Below are positions 37,463 to 49,300 of a stretch of DNA of 64,000 nucleotides, piece after piece; the first letter of the stretch is position 1; the number at the start of each line of letters is the position of its first letter. The position numbers and the translations under genes are program-made. This DNA is from Fibrobacter sp. (GTDB lineage Bacteria; Fibrobacterota; Fibrobacteria; Fibrobacterales; Fibrobacteraceae), in contig JAKSIL010000001.1 in NCBI GenBank assembly GCA_024398815.1, forward strand, positions 23,238-87,237, in the 5' to 3' direction. Under the pieces are notes generated by a model that made no database searches, was not told where the DNA came from, and saw only the letters and a program-made list of their open reading frames with translations.

Positions 37463-40400
37463 TTATGGCCACACAGAGCAGGGATACCCAACTTCGGAAC
37501 CAGTCTTGCAGTGATCGCCGAAGAATCCGGAATTCAATCCTCTTACGGGAATGTAAACAACGTCTTTGGATTCATTGATGATAACGGCAAAACCGGCGAG
37601 GTAGTTAGGCCAATAATAGAAACTTTCGTTGGTCTTACCCCATCCGCCATGGTCATGGAAACTGTAGTCAATTTGCCTGTTGGAAATTGCGGCTACAGCC
37701 GAGAGGATAAATTGGTCATGGGATATGGCGATGGTGTATTTATGCAGTTCATCAAATTTGTCTTTGATGTATGTGTTTACGAAATCGTTGGTTCTTGATA
37801 CAACGTCTGGCTTGGGATTGACGTTGCACTTTTCGGGTTCGTAGGCGGCTTTTGCATAGGCTTCCCAACTCTCGCTGCCATCGCAAGTTTTAAACCAACT
37901 GCCGACCATATCGTTGTTGTACTCGTGGTGTTCGTTGATGCAATCTGTATTTTCGTTATTGCCTTTGTCGCTGTAACAGTTTCCAAAAGTGGACTCGTCA
38001 AAGAAGTTGGATTCTCCGGCGCCCCTTGAAATCCTGCTGGCGGTTTCCATGGTTCGACGAGAGTTGGTGTGCCAGTAATAGATGTCTACACCTAGATTCA
38101 ATGCGCCAATGTTTTTACCTACATATTCTGCTTGTTTGTAACCATTTGAATTCAAAGTATTGTATGAATGTGTGTCGTCCTTGTTTCGTTCGGCATGCCT
38201 TACGATGAACACCACTTTTTCATTAGACTTGACGCATCCAAAGACATCTTGGATGGGGAAGAAGGTGGTTTTCGTTGCACGCATTTCTAAGCATGCTTCG
38301 CTGAGGACTTCTGCGTCCTTGCCATCCCATACGATGACGGGTTCGCTGTTTTCGCCGCAAGTGATGGCGACGCCCGTGCGACCTGTTTCTTCGTCGGTGT
38401 AGGCGCTGGCGGTGCAACTTGTGCCGGGTACGCCTTGTTCGCCTTGAGGTCCTTGCTCGCCTTGACCACCGTTTTGTCCGTTCGTGCCGTTCCAAACGAC
38501 GCTGGAGTTTTGGCTGCAGGTAATCTTTACGCCTGTGCGGTTGTTTTCTGTATCAGTGGTGTCCTTGACGGAACAGCTTTCGCCGTCGTTGCCGTTTTCA
38601 CCGTCTTCACCGTCCTTGCCGTTCGTTCCGTTGGCGCCGTTCCAGATGAGCGTCGTGGAGGATCCGCAAACAATCTTTACGCCTGTGCGGTTGTTTTCTG
38701 TATCGGTGGTGTCCTTGACGGAACAGCTTTCGCCGTCGTTGCCGTTTTCACCATCGGTACCGTCTTTACCGTCCTTGCCATCGGTGCCGTTCCATACGAT
38801 GACAGGTTCGTTAGTGCCGCATGTGATGGCGACGCCTGTGCGACCAGATTCGCTGTCGGTGTAGGCTGCAGCGGTGCAACTCGAACCGGAGGTTCCGCCG
38901 GTGCCGTTTTCGCCGTCCTTGCCATCTTTACCATTTTTGATTTCGCCGACCTTGACATTGTTGCAGATGATGTCGTAGCCGTTGATTTCTTCGTTTGCTT
39001 CGGCTGTGCAGGAGGTTCCGTTTTCACCATCTTCACCGTCGGAACCATCTTCGCCATCCTTGCCGTCCCAGATGGTGACGGGCTCGCTTGTGCCGCACTG
39101 CACGATGACTCCGCTCAATCCGGTTTCGGCGTCGGTCGTTGTCGTGGAGGAACAGCCCAGGCCGTCATTTCCGTCACCGCCGTCTGTTCCGTTGGCACCG
39201 TTCCAAACATACACAGGGGCATTGTTGCCGCACTGTACCATGATGCCGTCCAGGCCGGTGGATTCGTCGCGAGTTGTTGTCGCTGTACAGCCCGCACCAT
39301 TTGTACCGTTCTTTCCGTCGGTTCCTTTGTCTCCTTTTAGGGAAGCGAGCCATTCTTTTTCGGTTCCTTCGAATCCGTTGTCGACTGCGATTTGGTATGC
39401 GGATTTTCCGTTGGTTCCGTCTTTGCCGTTCTTTCCGTCGGCTCCGTTTTGCAGAGTGCCTACAAGGACTCCGCCGCAATAAACGTTGAATCCGTTGATT
39501 TCGGAATTGTCTGTTATATAGCATGCAGCTCCGTCGTCGCCATCATCGCCCTTTTCTCCTTTCAGAGAGGCGAGCCATTCTTCTTCGGTTCCTTCGAATC
39601 CGTTGTCGACTGCGATTTGGTATGCGGATTTTCCGTTGGTTCCATCAGTTCCGTTCGTGCCGTTGGTTCCATTAGTTCCGTCTACGCCGTTCTTTCCGTC
39701 ATCGCCGGCATCTCCTTTGTCGCCCTTTTCACCGGTGTCACCCTTATCGCCCTTGTCGCCTTTCGCGCCGTCGGTGCCGTTCCATACATAGACAGCATCT
39801 TCGCTTCCGCACTGGACCTTGACTCCGGTTTTTCCGGTTTCTGTATCGGTCACTGCGGTGGAGGTGCAGCCGACACCGTTCTTGCCGTTCTTGCCGTCAG
39901 TTCCGTTCGTGCCGTTGGTTCCATTAGTTCCGTCTACGCCGTTCTTTCCGTCATCGCCGGCATCTCCTTTGTCGCCCTTTTCACCGGCGTCGCCCTTATC
40001 GCCCTTTTCACCAGTCGCACCCGTTTCTCCTTTGTCTCCTTTTTCTCCTTTTAGGGAGGCGAGCCATTCTTCTTCGGTTCCGTTAAATCCATTGCCGACA
40101 GCGATCTCGTAGGCGGTTTTTCCGTCGGATCCGTTTTCACCATTGTACAAAACGCCTACCGAGTCTCCGTCGCACAGGATCTTGTGAGAGTCTGTTCCTT
40201 CGATAGGTTCGATGGTGCAAGAAGCTCCTTCCGCTCCGTTTCTTCCATCCCTTCCGTCGACACCGTCAATACCGTCGGTGCCGTCAACGCCGTCTTTTCC
40301 GTCTTTGCCATCTTTGCCGTTTGTACCATTTTTTCCATTGTACACGACACCGATGGAGTCTCCGTCGCAGATAATTTTGATGCCGCTCTTGTCGGCCAGG

Positions 40401-40549
40401 TTCTTGGTTGTGCAACTTAGGGAAGCCGATTCCGAAATGGACATGTCGCCATTCGTATTGGCGTCGGCGGGTTGACTAGTTTCTTGGGAGCATGCTGCCA
40501 AAAGGAAAAATGTGGCAGACGATAACGGTAGGAGTATTTTTCTATTCAT
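37463..40549 (-). CDS. Lipoprotein with interrupted collagen-like (Gly-X-Y) stalk and C-terminal histidine-phosphatase domain
   Basis: Start at ATG 40549 (MNRKILL..LAAC lipobox); G-X-Y runs separated by Cys-pair modules and three GK[ST]AY[EQ]IAV.NGF.GTE.EWLASLKG motifs; C-terminal VFIVRHAER..RRTMETA..ISHD. Confidence 0.85.
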   Translation of the reverse strand: MNRKILLPLSSATFFLLAACSQETSQPADANTNGDMSISESASLSCTTKNLADKSGIKIICDGDSIGVVYNGKNGTNGKDGKDGKDGVDGTDGIDGVDGRDGRNGAEGASCTIEPIEGTDSHKILCDGDSVGVLYNGENGSDGKTAYEIAVGNGFNGTEEEWLASLKGEKGDKGETGATGEKGDKGDAGEKGDKGDAGDDGKNGVDGTNGTNGTNGTDGKNGKNGVGCTSTAVTDTETGKTGVKVQCGSEDAVYVWNGTDGAKGDKGDKGDTGEKGDKGDAGDDGKNGVDGTNGTNGTNGTDGTNGKSAYQIAVDNGFEGTEEEWLASLKGEKGDDGDDGAACYITDNSEINGFNVYCGGVLVGTLQNGADGKNGKDGTNGKSAYQIAVDNGFEGTEKEWLASLKGDKGTDGKNGTNGAGCTATTTRDESTGLDGIMVQCGNNAPVYVWNGANGTDGGDGNDGLGCSSTTTTDAETGLSGVIVQCGTSEPVTIWDGKDGEDGSDGEDGENGTSCTAEANEEINGYDIICNNVKVGEIKNGKDGKDGENGTGGTSGSSCTAAAYTDSESGRTGVAITCGTNEPVIVWNGTDGKDGKDGTDGENGNDGESCSVKDTTDTENNRTGVKIVCGSSTTLIWNGANGTNGKDGEDGENGNDGESCSVKDTTDTENNRTGVKITCSQNSSVVWNGTNGQNGGQGEQGPQGEQGVPGTSCTASAYTDEETGRTGVAITCGENSEPVIVWDGKDAEVLSEACLEMRATKTTFFPIQDVFGCVKSNEKVVFIVRHAERNKDDTHSYNTLNSNGYKQAEYVGKNIGALNLGVDIYYWHTNSRRTMETASRISRGAGESNFFDESTFGNCYSDKGNNENTDCINEHHEYNNDMVGSWFKTCDGSESWEAYAKAAYEPEKCNVNPKPDVVSRTNDFVNTYIKDKFDELHKYTIAISHDQFILSAVAAISNRQIDYSFHDHGGWGKTNESFYYWPNYLAGFAVIINESKDVVYIPVRGLNSGFFGDHCKTGSEVGYPCSVWP
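38320..40400 (-). repeat. Internal nucleotide-level module duplications in the collagen-like gene
   Basis: For example SCSVKDTTDTENNRTGVKI twice (about 38520-38600 and 38670-38750), GDKGDAGDDGKNGVDGTNGTNGTNGTDG twice, and the SAYQIAVDNGFEGTE motif. Confidence 0.85.
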
Positions 40550-40841
40550 GATGTGAACCAACCGATGCGTTTTTTTTATTACGCATTTTATATTGGGTGC
40601 AAATATAGAATTGAAGATGTCACTTTCAAAGAGGGGTAAGAAAATGCCCCGATAAGGTGTTGAATAAATCACACAGGCCTTTTGAACCCCGAAAATAGGT
40701 GAAATTCGGTCTTTTGACGGCTTTGCCCGGTATGTTTTTTTTGTTCCTTTACTATTTTTTGGGCGAAAAAGGGCCCAGGGAAGTCCCCTGAGCATCCGTT
40801 TCGTCTTGTTTAACGTGATTCGACCTGCTTTGAGGTCGTAA

Positions 40842-42140
<1,299 letters not shown>

Positions 42141-42160
42141 AAAAACAAGGGGCGACGAGA

Positions 42161-42871
42161 ATGGATACATCTGCAGTCGGATTGCTGAAAGGCGTTGAAC
42201 TCTTTTCCGAGTTGAGTGAAGAACAGCTTGGAATGTTGGCCAACCTGGTGGTTGTGCAAAACTTCAACCGTGATGAAACGGTGGTGCTTGAAGGAGATGA
42301 CTCCGTCCAAGCCTTGTACCTTATCGCCACGGGTTCCGTGCAGGTGTATATGACCGGTGTCGACGGTCGCGAAACCATTCTTTCGTTCCTGGAACGCGGA
42401 GACTTCTTTGGCGAGATGTCTCTCATCGACGGCGAGCCCAGGTCCGCCTCCGTTCGCACCGTTACCGATGCCCAGATGCTCGTGATTCACCGCGAATCCT
42501 TCTTGCGCCTTATCCGCCAGTCGCCCGAAATTGCCATGGGCCTTTTGAGCGAAATGAGCAAGCGTCTGCGCAAGGCGAACCGCCAGATCGGGTCGCTTTC
42601 CACGATGTCCGTGAGCGGACGCGTGGCTGGAACTCTTCTGAACCTGATGCTCGAACGCGGTGTCCGTATCCACACCGACAACGGCAAGATGGTGACGGTA
42701 ATCCACAACCGCCCGACCCAGCAGCAGTTGGCCGACATGTCCGGCACGACTCGCGAAACGGTAAGCCGAATCTGCTCGCTGCTGGTACGCACGGGTGCCA
42801 TCGCCATGACGGGTAAAGACATTGTCATTTTCGACGAAAATGCTCTTCAGGAACGTGCCTCCAAGGGCTAA
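42161..42871 (+). CDS. crp: Crp/Fnr family transcriptional regulator (cNMP-binding)
   Basis: FFGEMSLIDGEPRSASV phosphate-binding cassette; HTH TQQQLADMSGTTRETVSR. Confidence 0.9.
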   Translation: MDTSAVGLLKGVELFSELSEEQLGMLANLVVVQNFNRDETVVLEGDDSVQALYLIATGSVQVYMTGVDGRETILSFLERGDFFGEMSLIDGEPRSASVRTVTDAQMLVIHRESFLRLIRQSPEIAMGLLSEMSKRLRKANRQIGSLSTMSVSGRVAGTLLNLMLERGVRIHTDNGKMVTVIHNRPTQQQLADMSGTTRETVSRICSLLVRTGAIAMTGKDIVIFDENALQERASKG

Positions 42872-42886
42872 AATTTTCTGACTGTT

Positions 42887-43648
42887 ATGAACAAATTAAA
42901 ATCTATTGGGAACTGGCTGAAAAAATCCCCTTTTGTAAAGGCTTTTGTCATTTGGATTGTCGCCTTGGTTCTTTTGGCTTTTGTCGTAGATAAAATCGTA
43001 CTTCCTTTGTTTGCGGGCGAGTTCGCCAAAACGGGCCCTGTCCCGAGTTTGGAAGGCCTTTCGGCCGAGGCTGCCGAAGCTTCGCTGACCGAAGCCGGTT
43101 TCAAGTACGAGTGGCTTGAGGAAGGTCGCTACAGTTCCCAGGTGCCTGCAGGTATGGTCCTAGTGCAGATGCCCGCTGCCGGGCGTGTCGCTAAGCTTGG
43201 CCGTACGGTGAAACTTACGAAGAGCCTTGGCCTTCGCGAAATCGAGATTCCGGATCTTCGTGGAAAAAGCCAAAAGCAGGCAGGCATTTCTCTTTCGAGA
43301 GCAGGGCTTGTCCAGGGTGAAATTGTGAAGGGCGCCCACCAGAGCATCCCGCGCGGAGTCGTCATCCGTACGATTCCCATGGCCGGCAAGAAGGCTCGCA
43401 TGGGCGATACCATAAAGGTTGTGATATCGGCCGGTGTCACGACAGGAAAGACTCTTTTGCCCGATTTCTCCGGGGAGATTATCGATCTCGTTTATCCGAA
43501 ACTCGAAAAACTCGGATTTGGTGTTGGCGACATAAAGCGTGTCAAGGGCGAAAATGGCGAGGCTCCGGGAACTGTACTTGAGACATCGCCCAAGTATGGC
43601 GACTATCTGCCTCCGAATACCAAAATTGACTTCGTAATTGTTGACTAG
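42887..43648 (+). CDS. PASTA-domain membrane protein (three repeats)
   Basis: N-terminal TM; VPSLEG / IPDLRG / LPDFSG repeats, each with G.V...P..G. Confidence 0.85.
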   Translation: MNKLKSIGNWLKKSPFVKAFVIWIVALVLLAFVVDKIVLPLFAGEFAKTGPVPSLEGLSAEAAEASLTEAGFKYEWLEEGRYSSQVPAGMVLVQMPAAGRVAKLGRTVKLTKSLGLREIEIPDLRGKSQKQAGISLSRAGLVQGEIVKGAHQSIPRGVVIRTIPMAGKKARMGDTIKVVISAGVTTGKTLLPDFSGEIIDLVYPKLEKLGFGVGDIKRVKGENGEAPGTVLETSPKYGDYLPPNTKIDFVIVD

Positions 43649-43656
43649 GTGCCTTT

Positions 43657-45579
43657 ATGCGTCGCATGTTTTGTTTGCTTCTGATGGTGCTTGTGCCGGC
43701 GCTTTTTATGGGCGCTTGCAGTTCTGCGCCTCCTAAGCAGCAGGAACCGGTTCTACAAAAATTGATTGCCTCCGACACTGTCGATATTCGGCAGGTTGTT
43801 GCGGGGACCGACGCCAAGACTTCCCAGATGCTTGCCGTTGCCCACGAATCTTTTATCCGTGCGCAGGAGATGGAACTCCGTGGCGAAAAAAAACTGGCCG
43901 AGGTGTTTTGGCAGCGCGCCTACGACGCTGACCCCGAAAGCAGGTTCTTGGCTTTTGCCGTGGTCGAACGTCTGATGGCTGGCGGACAGGATTCCGCTGC
44001 GCTGGCTCTTGCGAAAAAGGCGGTACAGCTTAAGGGAAAGAAGACTCCCAAGCAGTACGAAACTATGGCGAAGCTTTACGTGAAGGAAAGCATTGCCGAT
44101 TCGGCACGCAAGTATTTCAATATCGCGCTTGATTCGGCGAAGTACCAGGATATGCCGCTGTTGTACGACTACAGCTTGTTCCTGGAGGCTATTCACGATG
44201 AAAAGGAACTGGTGCGTGTGTACGACTTGCTGCTGCCGCAGACAAACTATATTTCTACGTTGTTCCAGCGCCAGGTGAATTTGCTTTTGGATCAGGGCAA
44301 GGATTCTGCCGTGGTGGAGTTGTTCGGCAAGGCTCACGATGCTACCGGCGACAAGTCTTTACTTGCGAAGATGGTGCAGGGGCTCGTTTTGCAAAAGCGT
44401 TATGCCGAGGCGAGGAAAATTGCCGATACGCTGACGACGGCGACTCCCGACGACGAAGCTATTATCAACTACGTGTTGCTTATCAATGGCGAATGGGACC
44501 GTGCCGCCGCTCTCAAGCTTTTGAAGAAAAAGGTCTTCGAAGATGGAATGCGTTCGCCTGTGATGTACCATTATCTTGGCAACTACGAATTTTTCGCAGG
44601 CGAATACGATAGCGCAAAGGTCCACTTGAATTTGTCTGTAGGCAAAATTGAAAAGAAGCCCGTCTGGGTCGCTCAGGATTGCCGCGCCTTGGCCAGTATC
44701 GCTTTTGCCGAAAAAAAGAATGACGAAGCCGTGAAGTTTGCTGAAATGGCAGATTCCGTGCTGTCGGGCGGTGACAAGGACTTCTTGGCGCTTTCGTACG
44801 GCAATGCCGGACTCTACAAAAAGGCGTACGGGCTCTTGGATTCCCTTATGGCGGTATTGAGCAACTGGACTCCCATGGCTGGCGTCGCCGATTCTGCTAC
44901 GGTCGCCATGATGCGTACAAAGGCGGAAATGCATCACAGGGCCCTGCGCAATATTTACGCTCGCGTGCTCGTGATGGAATCACGTGAAATCGAAGATAGC
45001 GCCAACGCCGATTCCGCAAAACTTGATAGCGCCAAGGAACAGCGCATGAAGGCGGAGCTCTTTTGGGAAAGCCTTTTGCTTGCCGATTCCACGGATCTTT
45101 TCGTTCGGTTCAACATGGCCATGAACCTGGAACGCATGCAGCGTTTCGACGAATCTTTCGCCATGTTCGAACACTTGCTGAAGCAGCCCGAAAAGGGCCC
45201 GATGGATTGGGCCGAGGTCTTGAATTACTACGGCTATTCCATGATTGATGCGAACAGGAATCCCGAAGAGGTGGCCAAGGGTCTTGACCTTGTTCTGCAG
45301 GCGCTTCAAAAAGACGGAAAATCCAGCCCAAACGAGGCCTACCTTGATTCCAAGGCCTGGGGACTTTACCGCACCGGAAAGTACGAGGAAGCCTTGGAAA
45401 CCATGCTCTTGATCAAGAGCGAGCGCTTTAACGACGACTACGTTTATTGGGAACACTTGGGGGCCATTTATGCGGCTCTCGGAAAAACGCAGGATGCCGT
45501 CAAGGCCTATAAAAAGGTGCTGAAGCTGAAACCCAAGCACCCTGTGGCGAGCGAATTCCTGGGCAAAAAGAAAAAGTAG
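43657..45579 (+). CDS. Tetratricopeptide-repeat lipoprotein
   Basis: Lipobox MGAC; LNYYGYS, YLDSKAWGLYRTGKYEEA, EHLGAIY. Confidence 0.85.
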   Translation: MRRMFCLLLMVLVPALFMGACSSAPPKQQEPVLQKLIASDTVDIRQVVAGTDAKTSQMLAVAHESFIRAQEMELRGEKKLAEVFWQRAYDADPESRFLAFAVVERLMAGGQDSAALALAKKAVQLKGKKTPKQYETMAKLYVKESIADSARKYFNIALDSAKYQDMPLLYDYSLFLEAIHDEKELVRVYDLLLPQTNYISTLFQRQVNLLLDQGKDSAVVELFGKAHDATGDKSLLAKMVQGLVLQKRYAEARKIADTLTTATPDDEAIINYVLLINGEWDRAAALKLLKKKVFEDGMRSPVMYHYLGNYEFFAGEYDSAKVHLNLSVGKIEKKPVWVAQDCRALASIAFAEKKNDEAVKFAEMADSVLSGGDKDFLALSYGNAGLYKKAYGLLDSLMAVLSNWTPMAGVADSATVAMMRTKAEMHHRALRNIYARVLVMESREIEDSANADSAKLDSAKEQRMKAELFWESLLLADSTDLFVRFNMAMNLERMQRFDESFAMFEHLLKQPEKGPMDWAEVLNYYGYSMIDANRNPEEVAKGLDLVLQALQKDGKSSPNEAYLDSKAWGLYRTGKYEEALETMLLIKSERFNDDYVYWEHLGAIYAALGKTQDAVKAYKKVLKLKPKHPVASEFLGKKKK

Positions 45580-45585
45580 GCCCGG

Positions 45586-46332
45586 ATGTATCGCCTGTTG
45601 TTCTTTTTTACTTTGTGTGTACTCTTGGTTGGCTGTGCCGGCAGCAAGTCGAGCCAGTCTTTGGATACTCCGCGCGAAGATGGCGCCCAGACGGTTGCCG
45701 TGCGCGATAGTCTGCGTGCCAAGTTCGTGCTCACGCTTGTCGATACGGCGGGCAAGGCCCAGGATTTCGATGCCGTTCTTTTCTCTGTACCGGGAAAGCG
45801 TTACCGTATGGAATTGACGGGTCCCATGGGCATCGGCGTCGCTTCGCTTTTGTGGCAGGAAGACGGTTGGCAGATGGTGTTTCCCACGGAAAAAAAGTAC
45901 GTGAAGGGCGCGGGCTACATGATTGGCCTTATCGACGACAGCAGCATCCCTCTGGTCCCGATTCACCAGGTTGCTAATTTGTTCGAAGGAATCCTTTTGC
46001 CGGAATCGTACGAGACTCTTTCCGAATCTGATTCCGCCGGCTTCCATGTGGTGTCGGCGAAGGCCTCGAACGGTATTGCCTTCACGTTCGGTTCGAAGGA
46101 TGGCCATGTGGCGTGGTATAGTCGCATGGGTCGCGACGGAAAACCCGAAATTTTGCGTTTTTTGAACTTCAGAACGTTTGAAAACGTGGAAACTCCCGAA
46201 AACATCGTGTTTGAAAAGGAAGGAAAGCGTTTTTTGGAAATCCGTATCAAGAAGGTGACCCGTAAAAAGGCCTTCAGTATGGGTACTTGGCGCCTGAATA
46301 TCCCGAAAAGTTACAAGTCGGTGACCGAATAG
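45586..46332 (+). CDS. Lipoprotein, LolB/DUF4292-like
   Basis: Lipobox LVGC; RMELTGPMGIGVA resembles the LolB-like 'L.GPLG' strand; follows the TPR gene. Confidence 0.6.
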   Translation: MYRLLFFFTLCVLLVGCAGSKSSQSLDTPREDGAQTVAVRDSLRAKFVLTLVDTAGKAQDFDAVLFSVPGKRYRMELTGPMGIGVASLLWQEDGWQMVFPTEKKYVKGAGYMIGLIDDSSIPLVPIHQVANLFEGILLPESYETLSESDSAGFHVVSAKASNGIAFTFGSKDGHVAWYSRMGRDGKPEILRFLNFRTFENVETPENIVFEKEGKRFLEIRIKKVTRKKAFSMGTWRLNIPKSYKSVTE

Positions 46333-46363
46333 CGGCCTCTGTTTTTTGTAGATTAGAAAAGGT

Positions 46364-49300
46364 ATGAAGTCATTTTTGCGCATTTTCGTGTTTTTTGTGT
46401 TTGCGGTTGTTTTTGTTCCGCATTCGTTTGCCGTGGATACCCTTGAAGTGTTCGCCTTGCGCGTGCAGTTCCAAGAAGAAAAGACGGACAATTCCCTGAC
46501 GACGGGAACGGGTATATTTGATTCCGACAAGAAGGAAAAGGACGCTTACCTTCTTGACCCTCCGGGCCGTCGAGGCTCTTCGGCCTATTGGCAGAAGCAC
46601 TTTGAATTTGCCAATGCTTTTTACGGTGCGGCTAGCGGCGGAAAACAAGTCATCAAGGCTCGCATTTTCCCGGACCCTTCGACCAATACGTCTGTGTACA
46701 CGGTGAAGAAGCAAATTATTGATTACAACAGAACCAGCAAGATGAAGGGCGAAAAGACCGCCGAGTTCGACGAGGCCCGCAGCCGTGACTACCTGACTTT
46801 TGTGTACGACGCCATTGCCGCCGCAAGCGAAGATACGTCAAAGGTTTCACCTTTCAGGATTCCTCTTTCGAAAAATCCGAACGTCAAACGCGCCTACATG
46901 ATTATACATGCAGGAGCGAGTCGCCTGGTCGATGGCGGCAGCATGGGAACCGATGGAGCCGATACTCCGGGTGACTTCATGGATGTGTACATTTCGGACG
47001 ACGCCTGGGAATACTTGATGCCTGATTCCGCCAAGGAGGAATCGGTCGTGCCTACGTTTGGCGTCAATGACGAAGGCGATACCGTAGTCAACGGAGTTTC
47101 CATCGCAGGTTCGGTCATCGACACGCTCAAGTCTGTCATGGTGGTGAGTGAAACCGCTTCGCAGGACGGCCTCAACTGGGGCGTGAACGGAATCGTCGTG
47201 AACCAGATCGGTCGTGAACTGGGAATGCCCAATACTTACGATGTGGTCAAGGGAATCTCTCGCCTGGGTTATTTCGATGTGATGGACTTTGCCGGCTACA
47301 ATGCAGGAAACGGATTTTTGCCTTCCATACCTGGTGCCTGGGAACGTTCGTACATGGGCTGGAGCAATGTCAAGGAAGTCCGCCCCACTGCAGGGCACCC
47401 GGTGACTGTCGATATTGCGGCTGCCGGAAGCGGCATTGCCAAGAATGGCGAAGTGGAGATTGTCAAGGTCCCGCTGAACGCCAGCGAATACTTGCTTATC
47501 GAAAACCGTCAGCGTTCGTGGAACAAGGACGGAACGGTTGACGTGGTTGTCGGAACGACGAGCGACGATACCGACACGACTATCAAGACGGTTCCTGTGG
47601 ATAGCCTGGAACAGGTTTTCCTCGACAGCATTTGCGTCAAGGGCAAGTGCCGCGTAAACAAGAAGAAGGCCAAGGGCTTGATTGTTGGCGTGAGTTCGTA
47701 CGACGCGGGAATCCCTGCAAGCGGTATTGCCGTGTGGAAGGTGAACGAGTGGTACTTGCGCGAGACGCTCAAGATGGGCGTTGCAAATTTCTGGGGTGGC
47801 GATACGTTGCGCGACCACCAGTTCGGAATTTCCCTTGTGGAAGCCGACGGAATCCTGAGTATCGGCAAGACGTTCAAGAATGCCTTGGGACAGGATTCTT
47901 ACGACTACGGAAGCGGTACGGATTTATTGCCGCACAAGCGCGAACCTTTGAAGGAAGACAAGAATAAAAAGAAGTTCGACTTGGTGAATACCATTTCGCC
48001 AAGGGGCTATGCCAACACGGCGACAACCCAGGGTGGTTACACCGGTTACAAGATTACGGTGAACGTCCCTAAGAAGTCTCGCGAAGAAAAAACATCCAAC
48101 GCCTTCATGGGTGACAGCGTGGTGAACTATGCCGCCCCTGTGATTTCGGTGACCGTCAGTATCGACGACGGAAGCATTGAAAATTCCAAGTTCCCGAGAA
48201 ACGTGGGCCTTGCGAACGCGACTCGTGGTGCCGTATTCCTTGATTCTCCGGAAGATGATTCTAAGATTATCGCATTTGCTTCCGAGGATGGCACCCTGCA
48301 GGCTATGAGCGCCTTGGGTGACACGCTTTTCGAGGCGGATACCGTGGTTACTGTGCCTGCGGTTTCTAAGAAGGATTCTGTCAGCGAGGTTCCGCTTTAT
48401 CGAATGGACGAATCCCGCGAATCTTCCTATGGTCCTTTTATTGGAATGGCAAGCCAGGGTGAAGCGGTTTATATGCTTTATCGCGACGCCCTTGTACGTA
48501 CGACATTTGTTCCTGGGACGTACCTCCCATTGAAAGCGGTTGTTTCGTTTAACAGAACGAATCGCGCTGTGGCAGGCCCCGTGATTGTTGGCGGCGATGT
48601 ATGGGTCGCCGGTGAAAAGAGCATCATGAATTGCGGATCGGTCGCGAACGATGAAGACCTCAATTCTGGCGCTTTCAACGGGAGACCTTCGGCATACAGA
48701 CTTCCGCAGCAGCTTATAGACAATGACGACCATGTACAGGAGTTTGTGTATTGCCCCAATAGCGAAAACATGACCAAGTTTGCCGCCGTTACCGAACAAG
48801 GCAATGTGTTTTTCGCAAGTGATTATAGTTCGTCGTTTATGAAAATGCGTTATGCCGATAAATCCTATCGAATCGCTTGTACCGATATTAATAGGGATGG
48901 TGTGAACGACGTGATTCTCGTGGGTGACAAGGGCTCCGTGACGACGACGGTTTCGGGCTATTGCACGAGCGAGAAGGAGGCCGCCTTCTTTAGCCAGCAG
49001 TACAAGCGTGGTGCTTCGGGTACAAGCGGCCTCAAGAGCGAAACCTCGGGCATTGCCATCGGCGACGTGAATGGCGACAACTATCCCGAAGTTGTCTTCT
49101 TGGGCGATAATCTCGTTTACGCCTTGGACCGCTTCGGCGTGCCCATTGCTGGATTCCCTGCGACTATCAGCCGCGGCACTCCGGTGGTCGGATTCTTTAG
49201 CGACCCGTTGATTGTCGATGTGACGGGTGATGACGTTCCTGAAATTCTTGTGCCTTCGAGCGACGGATTAATCTATGCCTTTACGGGCAAGGGTAAGCAG

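Noticed and set aside
37463-40549. Prophage tail fibre
   Set aside because: It has a lipoprotein signal and phosphatase head, and no phage genes flank it.
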